Positions 60,216-64,000 of a stretch of 64,000 nucleotides of DNA are shown here, piece after piece. Source of the DNA: Ylistrum balloti (lineage: Eukaryota); NCBI RefSeq assembly GCF_031769215.1, contig NW_026782081.1:1302001-1366000 (forward strand), read 5' to 3'. The notes below the pieces were generated by a model. That model saw only the letters and a list, made by a program, of their open reading frames with translations, was not told the origin of the DNA and ran no database searches. Both the position numbers and the translations under genes were made by a program. How positions within the stretch are numbered: position 1 is the first letter of the stretch; each line of letters opens with the position of its first letter.

Positions 60216-60931
60216 GTCTGTATGAGAATATACGGAGACAATCTATGTGTATATGCTGTAATATTGTTTACAAAAGGGGACACTCATATAATCTTATCAT
60301 AGCTCAATATCGCAGACATTTTTACCTTTAAATGTCCATTGAAAATTAGATCGCACAAAATACGAAAGAAAGAGCGATGAGACTGTTGCTTTGATCACAG
60401 TAATGTTACAGTTCAAAGTCGGTTCTTTGTAATCTTTTGTTTAAAATCATTCATATTCCATGATATGAAAATAGGTTTATGAAGACAATTTAAAATATGA
60501 AGCATCTCTTTCATGCTGAAAAAAAGGGTTTGCAAAATACGTTTAAAAAGGTGAATCAAATTTTAATAATTTTTCCAACATTATTCTTAGTATGAATTAA
60601 ATACATAATGATTACCAGACTGGAACAAGTAAATACGATTTAAAATACCATATAACGCTCTATTCTGATATCGCCTATAGAAAGTGATTTCTACCTGACT
60701 TTGATCTGTCTTTATCCAGTTTATATATAAGAAATTTTCAGGCTTACATGATTTCAATAATGTACAAAAAAGAAATTAATTAAAATAAAAAATCGAGATC
60801 CATACTAAAAATGAGGTATGACTTAAAACTTGATAGTGAAGTATTGAATATCCAGAAGAGCTCGAGTAAAACAGCGATTATCGTTTTTTTTTTTTTTTTT
60901 TTGTTCAGTCAGGATTGTACTCGTTGATGTT

Positions 60932-63900
60932 TTAGACATGTCCAATGAAGTCATTAAAGTTGGTACATTCCGAGATAGCACTGTCTGGAATCTGCATGGT
61001 AATAATCAATATATCATTAATTTGTAGGGGTCAATAAACAATGATACGATGTGTCATATATTCACATTCCTTAAGTAAGATTAATATAGTACAATTTCAA
61101 AATTTACATTTATAGATTGTACATATGTTAATTAATCATTTACAAATAAGTAATGTGCGAAACCACGTTATCAACAATAAATATAAGTGAATATTTCTAA
61201 TTCCGTTCTAATTGATGTATTTGATATTTATAGAATGAGAGTTCTCTGTACTCTAGGCGAACCTTTAGATTAGTTTACATGTTTTAAAATTCTGTTGCGA
61301 AATCATTGGTCAGTTGTTAAAGGTCGCAATTATCATTCAGATGGAATGTGTCTAGAAATCAATGTGTACAGTGATCATTGGGATTATAGGTGATGCTTTG
61401 TAAAGGCAGCGATGTCCCGTTGACCTATTGCAGTATGTCATATTGGTTCAAATGGGAAATCGTAAGGAAGGTAATGGATAGATCACTGATTACCGAACAG
61501 CATACTGCCTTTTAGTTTGGGTTATAGAGAACATTCGTTAACAAAGCAATTGATATCTTTTGATTTGAGGCATATTGCCTTCTAGGTGTGTTTATATAGA
61601 ATATTTGTTGGAGAAATTGTTGGTTTAGGCCATCCTACCACTTGTACTGTGGATGATGATGAGGAAGTGCTGGATTATTCGCCTTCGTGTTGTACGCCAT
61701 GAGATAAGTCCATCTTAGCAGAACTGCTATGCAGCATGTTACAGTGAAAAAGAGTGCTTCACCTGAAGAAACAAAGTATCTTTTAGATGTGACAATTAGT
61801 CTTTTATGTGTCATATTTGATAACTGTTTGTATATGCGATAACCTTGTAAATCCCCTTAAGTATAATTCAGTTTGTTTTCAAAGAAATTATACTCAATAT
61901 TTTGCAGTTCAGAGTCTTCTAGTAAATGGTATTATAATAACATTGGATCAGAATACTCACTATTACTTGATGTTGCATTCTTAAGATTATTTAATAGCAA
62001 TAGTTATTAAAATCACTCAAGTAGCATTTGATTCCAGGCTTATGACTATGAGTATATTGACTTTTTAAGTGTTCAATCTTTTACTAGCAGGATAACAGTA
62101 TGGCGTACATTTCCTTACTCGACATATTTATTGTGCATTTCAAATATTTAAACATTTCGTTGTACTACAGGTGTGTTTCTGTGCACTTGTGAGATCCAGG
62201 CAGTATCTATACATGAAACACATGATATTAGCAAACATATTTGAAAGAGGTAGCAGTTATTTTAATTGTAAAGATAGTTCTTGCTATGGCAACAGCTTAT
62301 ATAATAAACCTTTGAAACAGACCATAGCGCCACAAACATGTTCAATTGTCCAGTTAGCGTTCTTTGTGACGCAATTTCGTAATGGCATGCAATTACAAAA
62401 TATTTCATCCTTTGAACATTTAACATTTACTGTAATGTTATACCTGCAAGCATCCTTTTGATTTGAAACATTTGTTAATAGCCCCAAACACCGTCAACAT
62501 ATCGGGAAACAAACCAGTAATTCTATACCAGTATCTGAAAAAGGATATACACACATTTAAAAGCTGCGGTGGTAGTATACATGTGCAATTATTTGCATTG
62601 ATAAAAAAGCTAATTTGAAGAGAGCTTTGCAAAACAGAACAATGAATATATTTTACACGTAATCTTGGTGCCACAGAAATGACCTCCAGATATCTTTCCT
62701 TTGTCGATCATTTTTCCATGGTAGTGGTACACCTCTCCATCCAACACAAAAAAAGAACGACAATAATTCAACAAGCAAATTTAAGAGATATGTTGCCACT
62801 TTTTTCTACAGTTTTTACACTTTGGTAGTTACCAACGTATTTACCTCCAGTTACAAACTTCAATCTGAATAACGTTGGACCTAAGGAAGCCGAAGTATGA
62901 ATTTTGAAAACAATTGCCATGTTCTTTCCGATTTTCCTAAAACATAACTGGAAATACATGTTGCAAACCTTAAATGTCAACATCGAGGTTTTTGTTCCAC
63001 ATATTACATCCCAAGAATTAGGACGATACACTCGAGCAAAATACCATTACACTTGACAACCATCATCAGGCGGTGATCATATTATACAACGTGTTTTCAA
63101 GTCAATCCCCAACGTAGGAAGAACCTAGAGCAATAGATGTTTAATTTCGAATTCAAGTAAATATTTAACGAGTTACAATGTATTCGTTATTTTACAACTG
63201 ACAGAAGCAATAGCAATAACATGATCGACCTTTCATAATGATCAATACATGATATCTATTCAGTCTTTTGATACATTCAGTGTGTCATTATTTTTCAAAT
63301 TTATGCTTCACAGGCGTGAATGGCCTTTTCACAACGTGCCATTTGAGATACGTCACTTCCAGGAGATGATGATTTAAGCTAATTTCCTTGATCAATCATC
63401 AATCTGACATGTTAAAAACGAGAGATATGACTGGAGTAAAACCTTTAAGCTGAAATTTCATTTGATATACCGTGCTAAAACACTTACACAACTCACGATC
63501 TTTGGGGTTATATTGGTTATACGAGATATGTAACACTTACACAACTCACGATCGTTGGAGTTATATTGGTTATACGAGATATGTAACACGTACACAACTC
63601 ACGATCGTTGGGGTTATATTGGTTATACGAAATATGTAACACTAACACAACTCAAGGCCATTGGAGTTAAACTGGGTATACGAGGTTTGTAAAACTTACA
63701 CAACTCAAGGCCATTGGAGTTAAACTGGGTATACGAGGTTTGTAAAACTTACACAACTCAAGGCCATTGGAGTTAAACTGGGTATACGAGGTTTGTAAAA
63801 CTTACACAACTCAAGGCCATTGGAGTTAGTTTGGTTACACGAGATATGTAACACTTATTTTTTGGTGAGGATGTACATATCAAACGAAATCCTTACTTAC

Positions 63901-63984
63901 TCATTCATTACTTACGTATTCCTTCGTGAGGTTACTTTATTTAAACATTTTTCAGAGTATACATCCGTCAAAGAAAACGTTATC
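60932..63984 (-). pseudogene. Inverted PhyH-family dioxygenase pseudogene (copy 4)
   Basis: Recognisable exon relics in order on the minus strand: exon 3-like ending at 63916 (KMFK*SNLTKEY); exon 4-like 63403-63304 (IDD*SRKLA*...SPGSDVSQMARCEK); exon 5-like 62747-62657 (LDGEVYHYHGK, 1-nt deletion before FLWHQDY, acceptor AG lost); exon 6 62534-62444; start of exon 7 62206-62183 (ILPGSHKC); exon 8-like 61762-~61640 (1-nt and ~17-nt deletions); exon 9-like 60991-60932 (IPDSAISECTNFNDFIGHV*). Confidence 0.88.
63478..63855. repeat. 53-bp minisatellite (~7 copies, two subtypes)
   Basis: AAAACTTACACAACTCAAGGCCATTGGAGTTAAACTGGGTATACGAGGTTTGT at 63691, 63744 and onward. Earlier copies carry ACGATCGTTGG. 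Confidence 0.96.
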
Positions 63985-64000
63985 CTTGATTAATACAGCT

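Noticed and set aside
63040-63126. Candidate exon 4 of the pseudogene (KTRCII*SPPDD)
   Set aside because: A much better exon 4 match lies at 63304-63403, so this similarity is probably chance.

Overview
AT-rich, intron-containing animal genomic DNA, most likely a bivalve mollusc. This is inferred from frequent TACATGTA, Helentron-associated (HINE-type) elements and the repeat families present; it is not proven. The ORF track is mostly noise or exon fragments, so I rebuilt genes by hand from GT-AG splice sites and frame continuity. Left to right: the 5' part of a probable SWI5 gene (-), head-to-head with a complete 8-exon TM6SF1/2-like EXPERA gene (+, 3920-9914); a complete 10-exon SLC22 organic cation transporter (-, 15196-22331, 546 aa); a divergent 2-exon innexin (+, 29615-31275, 409 aa); three tandem PhyH-family Fe(II)/2-oxoglutarate dioxygenase genes (+; 34940-38680, 46316-51113, 52951-57914); and a fourth, inverted, frameshifted copy (-, ~60932-63984). 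Intergenic and intronic DNA holds many decayed mobile elements: at least six Penelope-like RT C-terminal fragments with a recurring associated 3' repeat, a HINE, a HERO/NeSL-type LINE 3' end, a Tc1 transposase relic, a MITE and tRNA-derived SINE heads. There is also one canonical-looking type I hammerhead ribozyme, an inverted pair of hammerhead-like motifs, several minisatellites and a 283-N assembly gap. I found no CRISPR array, rRNA or intact tRNA. The best candidates for something new are the dioxygenase array beside a transporter and a glycosylation-sequon-bearing innexin, and the hammerhead motifs. Any functional link among the genes is inference only.
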